Part shown: positions 40,401 through 54,415 of the stretch, in pieces
Layout: each line of letters opens with the position of its first letter
Position numbering within the stretch: the stretch's first letter is position 1
Notes under the pieces: model-generated
What the model was told of the DNA's origin: nothing
The model's input: the letters and a program-made list of their open reading frames with translations, nothing else
Database searches by the model: none
Made by a program: the position numbers and the translations under genes
Source: Gonapodya sp. JEL0774
Taxonomy: Eukaryota
Length of the DNA: 64,000 nucleotides
Assembly: GCA_027604505.1 (NCBI GenBank)
Contig: JADIIX010000021.1
Location: 62,001 to 126,000, forward strand
Direction: 5' to 3'

Positions 40401-43400
40401 GAAGACGAGCAAATCATCATGTTGCGCTCCATTAATGATGTCAACGCGCCAAAGTTTTTGGCGATGGACGTTCCACTGTTCAAAGCCATCACTTCGGACT
40501 TATTCCCCAAAACTGTACTGCCTGAACCAGACTACAAAAACTTCCTTGAAGCGATTCACGCAAACTTGAAAAAGCTTAACCTTCAGCCTAATGAGAATCT
40601 AATCATTAAGATCATTCAAACGTATGAGATGATGCTTATTCGGCATGGATATATGCTTGTAGGGGAACCATGGTCGGGAAAGAGCACCGCTTACCGAGTT
40701 CTCAAGGGAGCCCTTGCGGATCTCGTGGACAAAGGTGATCTCAAAGCAGATTTTCAAGTCATCAACCCTAAGTCCATCACCATGGGACAACTTTACGGCG
40801 AATTCGATGCAGTCACTCATGAGTGGGCAGATGGAATTATTGCCAACACTTTTCGAAGTTTCATTCAGGTGGGAACGGTGGAGCGCAGATGGATAGTATT
40901 TGATGGACCAGTTGATGCAGTTTGGATTGAAAACATGAACACAGTATTGGGTGAGTGAGACCGGCCCTCCTCAGACAATGTGTTTATATGTTTTCATCCT
41001 TCACTGTTTGATTTAGACGATAACAAAAAGCTTTGCTTGACGTCTGGGGAAATCATGAAAATGACATCCACCATGAGTTGCATGTTCGAAGTTCGAGATC
41101 TCGCAGTAGCGTCCCCCGCCACAGTCAGTCGCTGCGGCATGATTTACTTTGAGCCTGATGGACTTGGGTGGAAGCCATTGATGACATCCTGGCTAAACTG
41201 CCTTCCAACCGCTATGCCAGAGGAATGCAAGACTTTCCTCGGATCCTTGTTCGAGTGGATGGTCACTCCTTGCCTTGAGTTTACCAAGGCAAACACTAAG
41301 GAGTTTGTCCCAGTGCCCGCAACAAACAAAGCTGTTTCGCTCATGAATCTCATCTCGTGTCACCTCGATGACTTCACAGATGCTGCTGTCAAAGGAGTCG
41401 ACCTAAACGGCCTAAACGCTTGGCTCTCTTGCGTCTTCTTGTTTTCGGCGATTTGGTCTTTGGGGGCCACCGTGGACACAGAAGGTCGAGAGAAGTTCGA
41501 CATATTCTTCCGAAAGCTAATGTTGGGTGAACTCGCTGAGTATCCGGCACCTGCTAACATAAAGGTGAAAACAATACCGACAAATGGAACCATTTATGAG
41601 TATATGTTTGAGAGAGAGGTGAGTTCTTCTTGCCCCTATTTGGGTTGCGCTGCCCCTTTGCAACTTGTGATCGTTGGTTGTATGACAGAAAAAGAGCATT
41701 ACAGGTGGATCGTGGAAGCTATGGTCCGAAACGATGGCGTCCTTTGAAATTCCGGTAAAAACAAAGTTTAACTCCATAATTGTACCAACCGTTGATACCG
41801 TTCGGTATACGTATTTGCTGGACCTGTTCGCTATGCACAACAAACATGTGCTTTTTGTGGGCCCAACTGGAACAGGCAAGTCAGTGTATATTACAGAGAA
41901 GCTTCTCCGTGGATTGCCTGCAGATGTGTTCGCTCCGATGTTTGTGAACTTTTCTGCACAAACCAGTGCGAATCAAACGCAAGAGATTATCCTTTCGAAG
42001 CTTGACAAGCGTCGTAAAGGGGTTTTTGGACCACCGATGGGACAGAAGTGCATAATATTTGTGGACGATCTGAACATGCCAGCAAGGGAGAAGTACGGAG
42101 CCCAGCCACCAATTGAACTTCTTCGTATGTGGATGGATCATGGCTATTGGTACGATCTAAAGGATACGAGTGCAATGACCCTGATCGACCTGCAGTTCGT
42201 CTCTGCAATGGGTCCACCCGGAGGTGGACGGAATCCGGTGACCCCTCGGTTCATTCGCCACTTCAATGTCCTTGGCATTACAAGCTTTGACGAGATCACC
42301 ATGAAGAAAATTTTTGAGACCATAGTGGGATGGCACCTCACCAGCAACAGCTTCCCTCCAGGGTTTCAGGGGCTAAAACAGGGGATTGTAAATGCGACCT
42401 TTGATATCTACCAGTCAGCGATCGCCAATTTGCTGCCAACTCCAAGCAAATCTCACTATCTCTTTAACCTTCGAGATTTCGCAAGAGTCGTTCAAGGAAT
42501 CCTTCTCGCAAAGCCCGAGAAGTTCAGCGGGGACCCTGCCAAAATGATTCGACTTTGGGTACATGAAGCATATCGAGTCTTCTACGATCGTCTGATAGAC
42601 GATAAGGACAGAGACTGGTTCTTTAACGAAATTAAAGGAGTAGTTCCCCGGTATTTTCAGGCTAATTTCGACGAGACATTCAAAGCTCTTGACGCAAATG
42701 CAGATGGAAAGGTGGAGGATGATGATCTCAGAAGCTGTATTTTTGGAGACTACATAGCTCCTAATGCGGCAAACAAGCTTTATGATGAGGTGGAATCTGT
42801 CCTTGGGGTCAGTGACGTTATCAAGGGCAAGCTGGACGAGTACAATCAAATTTCCAAGGCTCCGATGAATCTTGTCATCTTCAGATTCGCGGTCGAGCAT
42901 GTTTCAAGGGTTGCTCGGGTGCTTCTCATGCCCGCGGGTCATGCTTTACTAGTAGGAGTCGGTGGGAGTGGCAAACAAAGTTTGACACGTTTGGCGACCT
43001 ACATGGCGGACTACCAACTGTTTCAAGTGGAACTTTCTAAGAACTACGGGAAGACTGAATGGAGGGATGATCTGAAGAAGATTCTGAACAAAGCAGGCGT
43101 TGAAGGGCGACCAAGCGTGTTTCTCTTTAGTGACACGCAAATCAAGTCTGAGTCGTTCCTGGAAGACGTGAATAATGTTTTAAACACAGGCGAAGTTCCG
43201 AATCTCTACCCACCAGACGAGAAAGCGCAGATTATTGAGGGTGTCCGACAGGTGCTCGCAAAAGAGAACCCGAAGCTCGAGGCAAGCTCTGCGACAATCT
43301 ACAGCCACTTTATTAACCGTTGCCGTGAAAATCTTCACGTCGTTTTGACCATGAGTCCGATCGGAGATGCTTTCAGGAACCGTCTGAGAATGTTTCCGTC

Positions 43401-46400
43401 ATTAGTAAACTGCTGTACCATCGATTGGTTTCAAACCTGGCCTGGTAAGTTACTTAGTTTCTATGAAGCAACCCTACTCCTTGTTGTTTATTTGCGACTT
43501 GACTCTATCCTGAAGATGATGCTCTCCAAATCGTCGCCCAAAAGTTTCTTGAAGACGTTGAACTGCCGAAAGATACCCGTTCGTCAGTTGTTGATGTTTG
43601 TAAAAGCTTTCACCAAAATTCTCGAGCTCTCTCGCAAAAGTTTTTGGAGCAAATGCGTCGACACAACTATGTTACTCCGACATCATATCTGGAGCTCATA
43701 AATACTTACAAGACGTTGCTTGCGAAGAAGCGATCGGAGGTGCAACAACTTATTTCGCGGTACGAAACAGGCTTGGAACAGCTTGCCTCCGCGGCCAGCC
43801 AAGTAGCCATTATGCAGAAGGAACTCAACGAGTTGCAGCCTCAGTTGGTCAAGACATCCGAAGAAACAGATGCAATGCTTAAGGTCATCCAGCGCGAGTC
43901 AGTAGATGTGGAAAAGAAACGAGCTGTTGTCAAGGTTGACGAGGAAGCGGCGAATCTCAAAGCCACAGCGGCGAAGGCGATAAAAGAAGAATGCGAGGCG
44001 GACTTGAGTGAAGCTATTCCAGCTTTGAATGCGGCCATGGAAGCTCTGGATACGTTAAAGCCTGCTGATATCACGGTTGTGAAATCGATGAAGAATCCCC
44101 CGGGGGCTGTCAAGCTTGTGATGGAGGCAATTTGCATAATGAAAGATGTAAAACCTGCTCGCGTGAAAGATCCCGGTGGTAGCGGCAAAATGGTTGAGGA
44201 CTATTGGGGTGCGGCACAGAAGCTTTTGGGAGACTCTCACTTTCTGACTTCCTTGAAAGAGTATGACAAGGACAATATCCAACCAAAGATTATTGAACGC
44301 ATTCGGAAACAGTACATTCCAAACCCAGACTTTGATCCAAAAATCGTGAAGAACTCATCTGGGGCTGCGGAAGGTTTGTGTCGATGGGTATTGGCGCTCG
44401 ACAAGTATGAAGCTGTTGCCAAAGTCGTTGGTCCCAAAAAGGAAGCGTTGGGACGTGCAGAAGCAGAGCTTGAGACTGAGATGGCAAAGTTGAATACAAA
44501 ACGCGCCGAGTTGAAAGAAGTGGAGGACAAAATGGCTGCCCTCGAAAGCGGGTTTAAGGAGATGACGGACAAGAAAGTTGACCTGGAGAACCGTTTGGAT
44601 CTTTGTGCAAAGAAGCTTGATCGAGCAGAGAAGCTGCTGGGGGGTCTCGGCGGTGAAAAAGATCGGTGGAGTGAAGCTGCAAGAACCCTACACACGCAAT
44701 ACGACTATCTGACGGGTGATGTTCTCATTTCGTCTGGATTGATATCGTATCTCGGAGCATTTACCTCTGCCTATCGTCAGTCTATGCTGACAGAATGGAC
44801 TAGGATTTGCACAGAAAAGGAGATACCGTGCTCACCAACTTTCACACTCTCCGGTACGCTCGGCGACCCAATCCAAATCCGAACCTGGCAACTTGCCGGA
44901 CTGCCAAATGACGCGTTTTCTCGCGAGAACGGCATCGTTTCGACCAGAACACGTCGGTGGCCACTCTTCATTGACCCGCAAGGTCAGGCTAACAAATGGA
45001 TAAAGAACCTTGAGAAAAAGCGAAAGCTGGCGGTGATCAAGCTCTCCGATCAGGACTATGTGAGGACCCTGGAGAACGCAATTCAGTTTGGAACTCCTGT
45101 TTTGCTTGAAAATATTGGAGAGGAAATGGATTCGGTTCTTGAGCCGCTTCTTACTAAGCAACTGTTCAAACAAGGTGGCGTGATGTGCCTCCGCTTGGGA
45201 GAATCAGTAATTGAGTACTCTCCCGAGTTCAAGTTTTATATCACGACCAAACTGAGGAATCCGCATTATCTTCCCGAATTATCCACCAAAGTCACGTTGG
45301 TTAACTTTATGATCACCCCTGAAGGTCTTGAGGATCAGCTGTTGGGTATTGTGTCCGCCAAAGAACGACCGGAGCTTGAGGAGGAAAAGAACAAGCTCGT
45401 CATACAGTCAGCCGACAATAAGCGTCAACTCAAAGAAATAGAAGACAAAATTTTGTCCATATTGTCATCCGAGGGTAACATTCTGGAAGATGAGTCTGCA
45501 ATCACTGCACTATCGGAAGCGAAAGTTTTGTCGAACACTATTGCGGAGAAGCAGAAAATCGCGGACGAGACAGAGAAGAAAATCGATGAAACTCGCTTAG
45601 GGTATAAGCCCATTTCAATACACTCGTCTGTGATGTTCTTCGTTATTGCTGACTTGGCGAATGTAAGTGAAATTGAGCTTGAGTGACAGCTGGCAATTGA
45701 ATGCCCCATTCTTCCGTGCAGATTGAGCCCATGTACCAGTACTCTTTAACCTGGTATATTAATTTGTTCATCCAAGCGATCGACAGCAGCGAGAAGTCGG
45801 ATGTGCTGGATGACCGATTGGCGAACCTTCGAGCCTTCTTCACATACCTCCTGTACTGCAATGTCTGTCGCAGCCTTTTCAAGAAAGATAAACTGCTCTT
45901 CTCGTTTCTATTGACCATCGGGCTAATGAAGAATAAAAATGAAATTGATCCTGACGAATGGAATTTCCTGTTGACTGGTGGCTTGGCTATGTCCGAGAAC
46001 GGCCCACCGAATCCGGCCTCGAAGTGGCTCTCGGACCAAGCGTGGAGCGATATCTGTAAAATATCTGAAATGCCCGCCTTCAAGAACTTTAGGCAAGATT
46101 TCGAGAACAACATCCTGCGATGGAAGGATATTTACGATAGTGCGGAACCTTTCAGAGGCGTGTTTGCAGGCGGTTGGGACACCAGACTAACCAGCTTCCA
46201 GAAACTCATTGTTATACGGACTCTGAGATTCGACAAAATTGTCCCAGCGATCCTTGAATTCGTTAAGGAGAAGATGGGACAGAAGTTCGTCGAGCCACCG
46301 CCCTTCGATCTCGGCGCCTCGTACGCAGACTCAAATAATCTTAACCCTCTCATATTTATTCTAAGTCCAGGAGCGGATCCAATGAGTGCGTGAGTATTGG

Positions 46401-48747
46401 CAATCATAGAGAGTCCGTTTTGTTGCTGCGCACCACTAATTTTGGAATTCTCCAGCCTTCTCAAATTTGGCGAAGCAAAGGGATACACAGGAAATCGACT
46501 AACAAGTATCTCGCTTGGACAAGGTCAAGGCCCGGTGGCGAGTCAAATGGTGAAAACAGCCGCACGCAGTGGATATTGGGTGGTGCTGCAAGTGAGTATC
46601 GAAAGAGCCGTGATTCTCGGGAAATGATAAGCCAATTTTTGCTTGCACCATGTCAGAACTGCCACCTTGCTGTATCGTGGCTCCCAATACTTGAGAAGAT
46701 GTGCGACGAATTGTCTCCCGAGCACACACATTCCGACTTCCGAATGTGGCTGACATCTTATCCATCAGAGAAGTTCCCAGTATCTCTGCTCCAAAATGGG
46801 GTGAAGATGATCAACGAAGCACCGGCTGGTCTCAAAGCCAATTTGCTCCGCTCATACACAACTGATCCGATATCAGACGATTCTTTCTTCCGATCGATAA
46901 AGAAGTCCGCCGAGGCACCATGGGAGAAGTTACTGTTCGGATTGTGCTTCTTCCACGCTCTCATTCAAGAACGGCGAAATTTTGGACCTCTTGGCTGGAA
47001 CATCATGTGCGGTTGCATTTCTAGATTCAGAAAAAGCGAAACTTAACCGGAATCTTATTTTCTGAAACTTTCTAGGTATGAATTCAATGAATCGGATCTC
47101 CGGATTTGTGTCCGGCAACTGCAAAAGTTCCTCAATGAATACGACGAGGTTCCTTTCAAAGCGATCACCTACCTGGCTGGCGAGTGCAACTATGGAGGCC
47201 GTGTCACAGATGATAGGGACCGTCGGTGTCTCATGAGCTTGCTATCCCTCTTTTATAAGCCCGATGTTGTGGAAATGGACAGCTACAAGTTCAGTTCGAG
47301 TGGGATTTATTTCGCACCTCCCAAGGGGTCCTACGAGAGCTACCTTCAGTTCATTAAAGCGCTGCCACTCTCACAGAATCCAGAAGTATTTGGCTTACAT
47401 GAGAATGCAGGTAAGGTTATCATGTATGCTGTACATCTTCGATCTCGCGAGATTCTCTGGATCCCGAACTTACCTCACCACGTTTGCTCACACAGACATC
47501 GCGAAGGATCTGAAAGAATCCAACGAAATGGTGTCGTCTATTCTTCTCACACAGTCTCGCGCCGGAGGCGGATCCAGCTCTGGAGGCAAATCTCAGGATC
47601 AAGTTTTGAGTGACCTCGCATCAGATATCATGTCCAAGCTCCCACCTGAATTTGACGTTGCACATGCACAAAAGAAGTACCCCATAAAGTACGAGGACAG
47701 CATGAATACTGTTCTTATCCAAGAGCTCGGTCGGTACAACAAGCTCGTTCGTGTGGTTCGAGAGAGCTTGCAAAATCTGCAAAAGGCAATCAAGGGACTT
47801 GTAGTTATGTCAGCGGAGCTGGAGGCCGTTGCAGCGGGGTTGTTGCAAGGGAGGGTGCCAGACTTGTGGGCAGGGAGCTCCTACCCATCATTGAAGCCGC
47901 TGGTGGGTGTCAACTCTTCCCATGCCCCCTCCTTGTTGCTTCATCAAGACGGAGTTGGGGGCATAAAAGGTATTGCAGTCAATTGATTCCGCTTTGCTTA
48001 CTGTAGGGATCATATATCACCGATTTTGTCGCGAGGCTGAAGTTCTTGCAAGACTGGATCGATGGTACTACACCTGTCGTATTTTGGATCTCCGGATTCT
48101 TCTTCACCCAGTCGTTTATGACCGGTAAGCTGAAGACTTTTTAACTCACTCAGCAGATGTTGTTCAATGATCGCCATGAATCTCTGTTTGGGTCCTCAGG
48201 GTGCCTCCAAAATTATTCCCGAAAGTACGGCGTTCCCATCGACTTATTAACCATGGACTTTGAAGTTACAGGGGAGGATGACTTCACGGAGCCACCGGAG
48301 GACGGCGTGTATATTCGAGGTTCGTCCACTTCGTGTAGCCTGCTACTGGATTCTTCACTCAGGTCTCTCCCCCACCACACACTGCCCCCGACAATTTGCA
48401 CTTCAACGTTCAATGAATGCTTCTCGTTGGTACCCGCAGGAATGTACTTGGAGGGAGCAAGGTGGGACCGAGACAGTGGCGAGCTTGGGGAGCAAAGGCC
48501 GAAGCAGCTGGCCGACGCAATGCCGGTGATCCGGATGACCCCGTGCCAAATAACCGAATTTGAAGCTCGTCTCAAAACTCGACCAAACTACTCAAGCCCT
48601 GTGTACAAGACGAGCGCTCGACGAGGTGTGCTGAGCACAACGGGGCATTCCACAAACTACGTGATGTCAATACCACTGCGGACAAGTCTACCGCAGAATC
48701 ACTGGGTCAATAGGGGAACGGCAGTAGTATTGGCGTTGTCGACATGA
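34419..48747 (+). CDS. DNAH3: Axonemal inner-arm dynein heavy chain, DNAH3-like (DNAH3/7/12 group), about 20 introns
   Basis: P-loops [24 protein letters not shown] and [26 protein letters not shown], coiled-coil stalk/MTBD, and C-terminal [22 protein letters not shown]. The N-terminal [21 protein letters not shown] resembles my recollection of the DNAH3 N-terminus. The start codon and exact orthology are tentative. Confidence 0.93.
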
Positions 48748-48970
48748 GTCGAGCTGATGTCATGGACCTGGGATACGAGTCGGAGCGTTTTGATATATGG
48801 CAGGTGCAATCTAAGTGCTGTAGTTATTATTCGTAATTTATCGCATACTATTCTTGTAAGTAAACGTCCTGAATTGACAGTTGAATGCCATTCTAGTTTG
48901 AAAGTCTGTTGACGGCGGAGGCCACAGAGTCTCGGTTTTGAACACGCCATCCTGTCGGGAAAACACGGCA

Positions 48971-51148
48971 ATGGCCGACGATGGCGATGCAGAAGATCTA
49001 TCGAGAACATTTGCAGCACGTGCAGGACATCAGGAGCGCAGATCGTTGGGTGAACGGACGACGACGGTGGAAGCCGCGACATCGCGTTGGACCATCACAG
49101 GCATCCGTGGGAATGTGTACGCGGTGGAAGTCCTCTGCTGTGGGATAATGTTTCTCTCGGGTACGTTTTAGACTGACTACCATAGCAATTAATTTGGAAT
49201 GAGATTGTGGTCCTCCAACCTATTGTCTTCATGCCTCCTTCTCGATCCACAGGCGCCCTTTACTCTTGCACCATTCCCATTCTGCCCCCTCTTGTAGCCA
49301 AGATTGGCAGGTCAAAAGATGTAAGTTCCGTGAAAGAGGGAACGTGATTGTCTCATGCGGTTCCACTCGGACCTCTCTTTCCATTACAGTTGGGCTTTCT
49401 GTTCGCGTTCTATCCTTGCGGGTCCCTTGTATTTAATCCACTTGTTGGAATCGTCTCGGCGGTGTACCTACGAAAACCAAACTCTGTCCAAGTGCACAAC
49501 TGGCATCCCCTCGACCGCCGGAGATACTTGCTCCTTCTGGCTCTTGCAGTGGCGTTCACTACGTGCCTCCTATATTCTATCACACCGACTTTCGAGATTC
49601 TCTGTCTCGGCAAACTTACTCAAGCCCTTACGGATGCGGTTGCGTGGGTCTGCACTCTCGAAACGTGGGAAAAGTTCTGCTCCGAACAGGCAACTGCCAG
49701 AGAACGAATGCTCAAAGAACAGGCCTCGCTGGGAGAGCTCCCGGGAACAGAGAATGTAAAGCTTCTTTCTCTTCCTCATGCTGCCCACGGCTCCACTCGC
49801 ATTCTCGCATCAGCTTGGGCTGGCCAAGTCGTAGCTCTGCCCGTTGCGGGTTATTTATACGATAACGGAGATTGGGTTTTCGCACCCGTTGCCGTTCTGG
49901 ATGTGCTCTTAGTAATAGGCTGGTTGCTCGTGGACATGGGTCCTCCAAGTGGAACCGGGAAAGGGTACGAGTCGTGGAGAGCAACACTCACACAGAGAGC
50001 GCAGACTGCCGTAGCTGCTTCGACCGCGAACAAGCAAACACTTCTAGTGCAGGAGGAAAACACCGCTGTGTTCCCGGGGAATGAAACGCCCTATTCATGT
50101 CGAAGCAGACACGTTTCTACCGAGGAAGAGATCCTCATTGACAGCGATACTTCCGAAACATCACAACTCCTTCCATCCAGCCTCCCACAAAGCAATCACT
50201 CGCACTTCTCGAAACTCATTCCTCCCGTCTCCGTGATTCTCCTCGCCATCCCTCTCCTTTGCGCAACCTTTGTCTCGTCAGGACTCGAACCTACCCTTCC
50301 ACAGTATCTCCGCCACCGATTTTCCGCGACGCCGACCGAAGTTGGTGGAGTGTATTACCTTGGATGGAGCGCCGCGTTGATACTGGGCATGGTGCTCGGG
50401 GGTGCTGTGCTAGAGGACTCGACTTCAGGTGAAGCAGCGGACGATACAATGAGTGGAATCACCGCACTCATTGGTGGAATGATTGGCGTAGGCTGTGCGG
50501 CGCCGTTGGTTGCTCTTCCCGCTTGGTGGTGGAGCACCGGTGGCCCGGGGATTGATTCAGTGGGACCTTCTGCGCTCTTCATTGAACCCTTTGAAGTGGC
50601 CGTGTCGCCTCCACCTCTGTTGTCTCGCATTGCTGAGGTTGTCGCTCTGTGTTGCTTGGGGTTTGCCACTGGGTTCACGATGGCGCCGACTCTTCCAGAG
50701 ATGTCAAGAGCAGTAAAGAGAGAAGCGGCTCGACGGAACAGGAGTTCTGTAAGCCGAAATCACAGTTCAATTGCGGAAGGTGATGGAGGGGTTCAAGGAT
50801 TGCCGGTTGGCACAGCGGACGTGGAAGTCGGCCTGGACCGAAATACGCCACTCAACTCTGAAGAAGCACCTTCCCCAACAGAAACTGAGGTTGGGGCCAC
50901 GCTCTATGGATTTTGGTGTTTTATGTATAGTGTGGGTGAGTCGTATTGTTCGCGCTCGGTGCTTTTGTTCAGCGGCTCACGGTTGAAGCGGGCTGTCCAT
51001 CCTGACACAAGGCATGACTATTTCCCAGCCACTGTCGACGTACGTTTTTGACACCTATGGCTTTTCGTTCCTCATGTACCTTGACACGGTACTGATGGCA
51101 TTTTTGGGCATCCCCGCCATGTTGTGGTTGAGGTGGCGGACTTCGTAA
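48971..51148 (+). CDS. MFS transporter (SLC18/vesicular amine transporter-like), paralog 1
   Basis: About 12 TM segments; ALYSCTIPILP, LGFLFAFY...LVFNPLVG, GLEPTLP, LGFATGFTMAPTLPEM, YGFWCFMYSVG; three introns. Confidence 0.85.
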
Positions 51149-51303
51149 CAGTAATTATAATTATTTAAGGCAATTTTTGCTACTAATACTGTATATAGCG
51201 GTACTTTAGCGATATGAGCTTGTAGCTGCTCTAGTAAATCTACGAAATACGTTTTGCAAAGAGAATGTCCATAGTCCTGCGGAGTTGCTCAAGTCACAAG
51301 CTC

Positions 51304-53474
51304 TTACACCCCGTGTCCCGCTTCCTTGTGGCGCTTCGGAGTCTCCCTCCGAAGCAGCAGGATGATTGCGGGCACTCCAACAAGCAAGAGAAGGGTACTG
51401 TCCATTAGCAGCTGGGTAAGGAAACCTACAGGAAGAAAATGTGGTAGTGCTCTACAGGGGCTCCCGGTACGACGAACCAAAAATACTCACCATAGGTCGC
51501 GTAGACATGGGCGGAAAGGGGCTCGGACACCATCATTCCTATCACGAGTAAACGGTGTTTTCAAATGGCACTGATCTTGACAAGAAAGGCACACTTACCG
51601 ACTGAGTACACGAGCAGCCACAGCCCGTACAATGTCGCACCGATGTCAACGTCTTCTCCACCTTCACCGTCATCCTCCAGTGCCGCAACAACAGCAGAGC
51701 TACCGACAGCACCCGTTCCCTCATTTGTGAGTTCCGAGTGCTCTTCCGCGGTGGCAGCGTTACCGATCAGACGTGCCTTATCATCTTTGCCGTTGGCGCG
51801 CATGTTTTGCGCTGCTATTTGCCCTTTTGCAATCCTATTCAGCTCTGGCAGAGTCGGAGACAATGTGAACCCCAACACGAAACCTAGTAATGCGAGCGCG
51901 GCCACTTCAAAAAGCTTAACGCCGAGTGGTTGAAAAGGTGTTGGTGGTAATGCCGAGTCGGGCGGTTGGGGGAAAGTGGGTGGGGTGTCAGGGCCCGGAC
52001 GTGTGCCAGGCAGGGAGGCGAGAGGTGCGACGAGTGCAGTAAAGGTCATGCCAATGACCAAAAGAATCAGACCCCGTGAGCCACGATTAGGTTTTCTTTC
52101 CGAAGATTCAACGTCGGTATCGCCAGCGGGCATTCTGTCCAGGGTTTCTACGACCTTTCCAGCTGTAAGTAGTCCAAAAATATACGCTATGCTCCACACC
52201 ATATAGAAGCCTCCAACTTCGCTAGGGGTGGCCCCGAATCTGAAGTGTAAATGTGACGGGAGAGTGGGTTCGAGTCCGGCGGAGACGAATATGGACAGGA
52301 AAACAGGGATTGACACAAGAAAAATGGGCCAAGAAAGCAGAGAGGCGGTGTTGGTGTTGGTAGCACGTCGATGTCTGCGGCGGGGAGCATCTGAGGGAGG
52401 CGGCGCGGGATGACTATGCAGTGAGTCAGCAGGACCCAGAGATGTGGACGCGAGAAGAGGATGGGACTCATCGAGAGTATCATTGTCTGAAGTTGACGAG
52501 ATGAAGGATAGCGCAGGGGAGGGAGGGCGGGAATCAGCAGAAGCTGGATCAGTGTTCGGAATGTTGGGTGCTGGAATCCGAGAGCGAATGTCAGCCGATA
52601 CGCTGGCAACATGCAAAGTCTCAAGGTTTGGTCGAAAATCTACGAGAAGCCATCCGATGATCAACAAGGTTGAAAGGACAACGACAGGTCCAAAGACCCA
52701 GAGGCCATTGTCAAACAGATACCCCGCCATGGGAAGTGACACGACCTGACCAATCCAATTGCTCGCAAGAATGAGACTCTCGCCGAATGATGCGTTAGGA
52801 AGTGTAAATTGTGGTCTTCGCGATGGCAACTCGAGTCCACCTTCTGTTAAATTGGTCCTGCACCACTCCCATTCGCGCTCAACCCACGCCGCCTCCCTCC
52901 TCTTTTCTGAGCAATAGCGCTCCCATATCGAAAGTCCCAAAATCCACAAGAACGCGTCAACCATAGCGTGCATGAGCTTTGCGCCGCATAGGGCATAAAA
53001 ATCCTTGGCTTGAGAGAACACCAGGGCCGTGCATAGCATGAGAACAGTGCCGAGGGTGATAAGGCGGCTCCTCGGTACAAAGTCCGTTCCTGGGCGGTAT
53101 GAGCCTGGTATAGCAATGGCATCTCTTCGTGGTTTGTAGGGGAACACTGCGTCTGTAACATAACCCACAAAAGGATTCGCAAACAGACTAAAAAGAGGGT
53201 ACAAGGAGTAAAGAAACCCGAGCTGATACCGTCCATGTAGATCACAGAAGTTTCAGAGAGAAGGTTGAGAACGGAAGAGGTGTCTCGTTCGGCGATCGGT
53301 ACCCACATCTTCCTGCGATCGCTTCAAATCCCCGAGCACGATCCGCGGCAAGATGGGCGTGCAAGCACTGTACATGGTCGACGACGTAAACAGCAATCCG
53401 CAGCACAGTATCTGCAGAAACCCTGCGGAGCTCCGAACGCTTGAGAACCATGCATGATCGCCGTCCTTCAACAT
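51304..53474 (-). CDS. MFS transporter (SLC18-like), paralog 2, convergent with paralog 1
   Basis: MYSACTPILP, YPLFSLFANPFVG, GLEPTLP, GFTLSPTLPEL, YGLWLLVYSVG. ATG at 53474 with an in-frame stop upstream; TAA at 51306-51304. Confidence 0.85.
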
Positions 53475-54219
53475 TGTCCTGGGGACTACTGCGATAGCGA
53501 GAGAGTCTTCGTTGAGATCAAACGCGCTCTCAGTGAACGATGATGTCAAAATCGGTTAAACCCCAGGATTAGTTCGATGATGGTGTAAATGTGTCACTCT
53601 TGGATCATCTGCAGCAACGAAACGTTACTTCGTTCCCAAATTCGAATTTTAAGATCGATATCTAGTTATAACATCTTGACAATTTTCGTTGACTGAGGCT
53701 GATATCGCATATCGATACTGTGTATCAAGGGAGGGCACAGATTCTTCGGCTGGCTCCTGCAGCGCTCAGTCCTCGAGGCCCCCTTCGTCCGATTGATCTT
53801 CACCCAACGCACCGAGCTCTGGCTTCGCAATACCTACATCTCGGCTCACGCAACTGTCAAGACGTTCGTCTTGTCACCCTTGCTTCCTTGAACGGAGTGG
53901 CAAGTGCTTGGGAGTTAAAATAATGACAACGATAGAAGGAGCCTTTGATGAACCGACCCCGAGGTGTCTGGTGGAACTGCGGGATTACACTTTTTAATGG
54001 GTCCTGTGCTTCAGTTTCTCATAAAATGGAGGACGTAAAATCAGCGTGCATCCTTCATCTGAGCGTGAAATATGCTGCGCGGCCATTTCAAGGTATCCAA
54101 ATATCTGGTCCTTCGGTATGAATGGGATGAACTGGACTGTGCGCGCCGGTCTGGTGAACCGCTCAACCGGGATTGCTGGCTGGCTTGGCCGTTGATAGGC
54201 CTTGCACAGATGAACATAT

Positions 54220-54415
54220 GGTAAAGGAATACACGAAAATGGTCTACGGCGCCATAATACCATAGTAGCCAGGAATAGTCAGTTTTCGCGTATTCCATTT
54301 GCTGCACTTACACCGCCAACAAGCGGGTAAAGGAGTACACGAAAATTGTCCACGGCGCCGCAGCACCACGGTAGTCAGGAATAGTCAATTCTCGTGTATT
54401 CCTTTTGCCGTACCG
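54220..54415. repeat. Two tandem 106-bp units, each a long inverted repeat (hairpin)
   Basis: Unit 1 is AAAGGAATACACGAAAATGG...TCAGTTTTCGCGTATTCCATTT. Unit 2 is AAAGGAGTACACGAAAATTG...CAATTCTCGTGTATTCCTTT. Confidence 0.9.

Noticed and set aside
34419..48747. Apparent frameshifts or fragmentation of the dynein ORFs suggesting a pseudogene
   Set aside because: Every break I checked is explained by a canonical GT-AG intron that restores conserved motifs.
52258..52282. GGGTTCGAGTCC resembling a tRNA T-loop
   Set aside because: It is antisense to the conserved GLEPTLP codons of the MFS gene and has no cloverleaf.
54220..54415. Hairpin repeats as a CRISPR array or H/ACA snoRNA
   Set aside because: There are only two units, the loops are homologous rather than unique spacers, there are no cas genes, and no properly placed H and ACA boxes.
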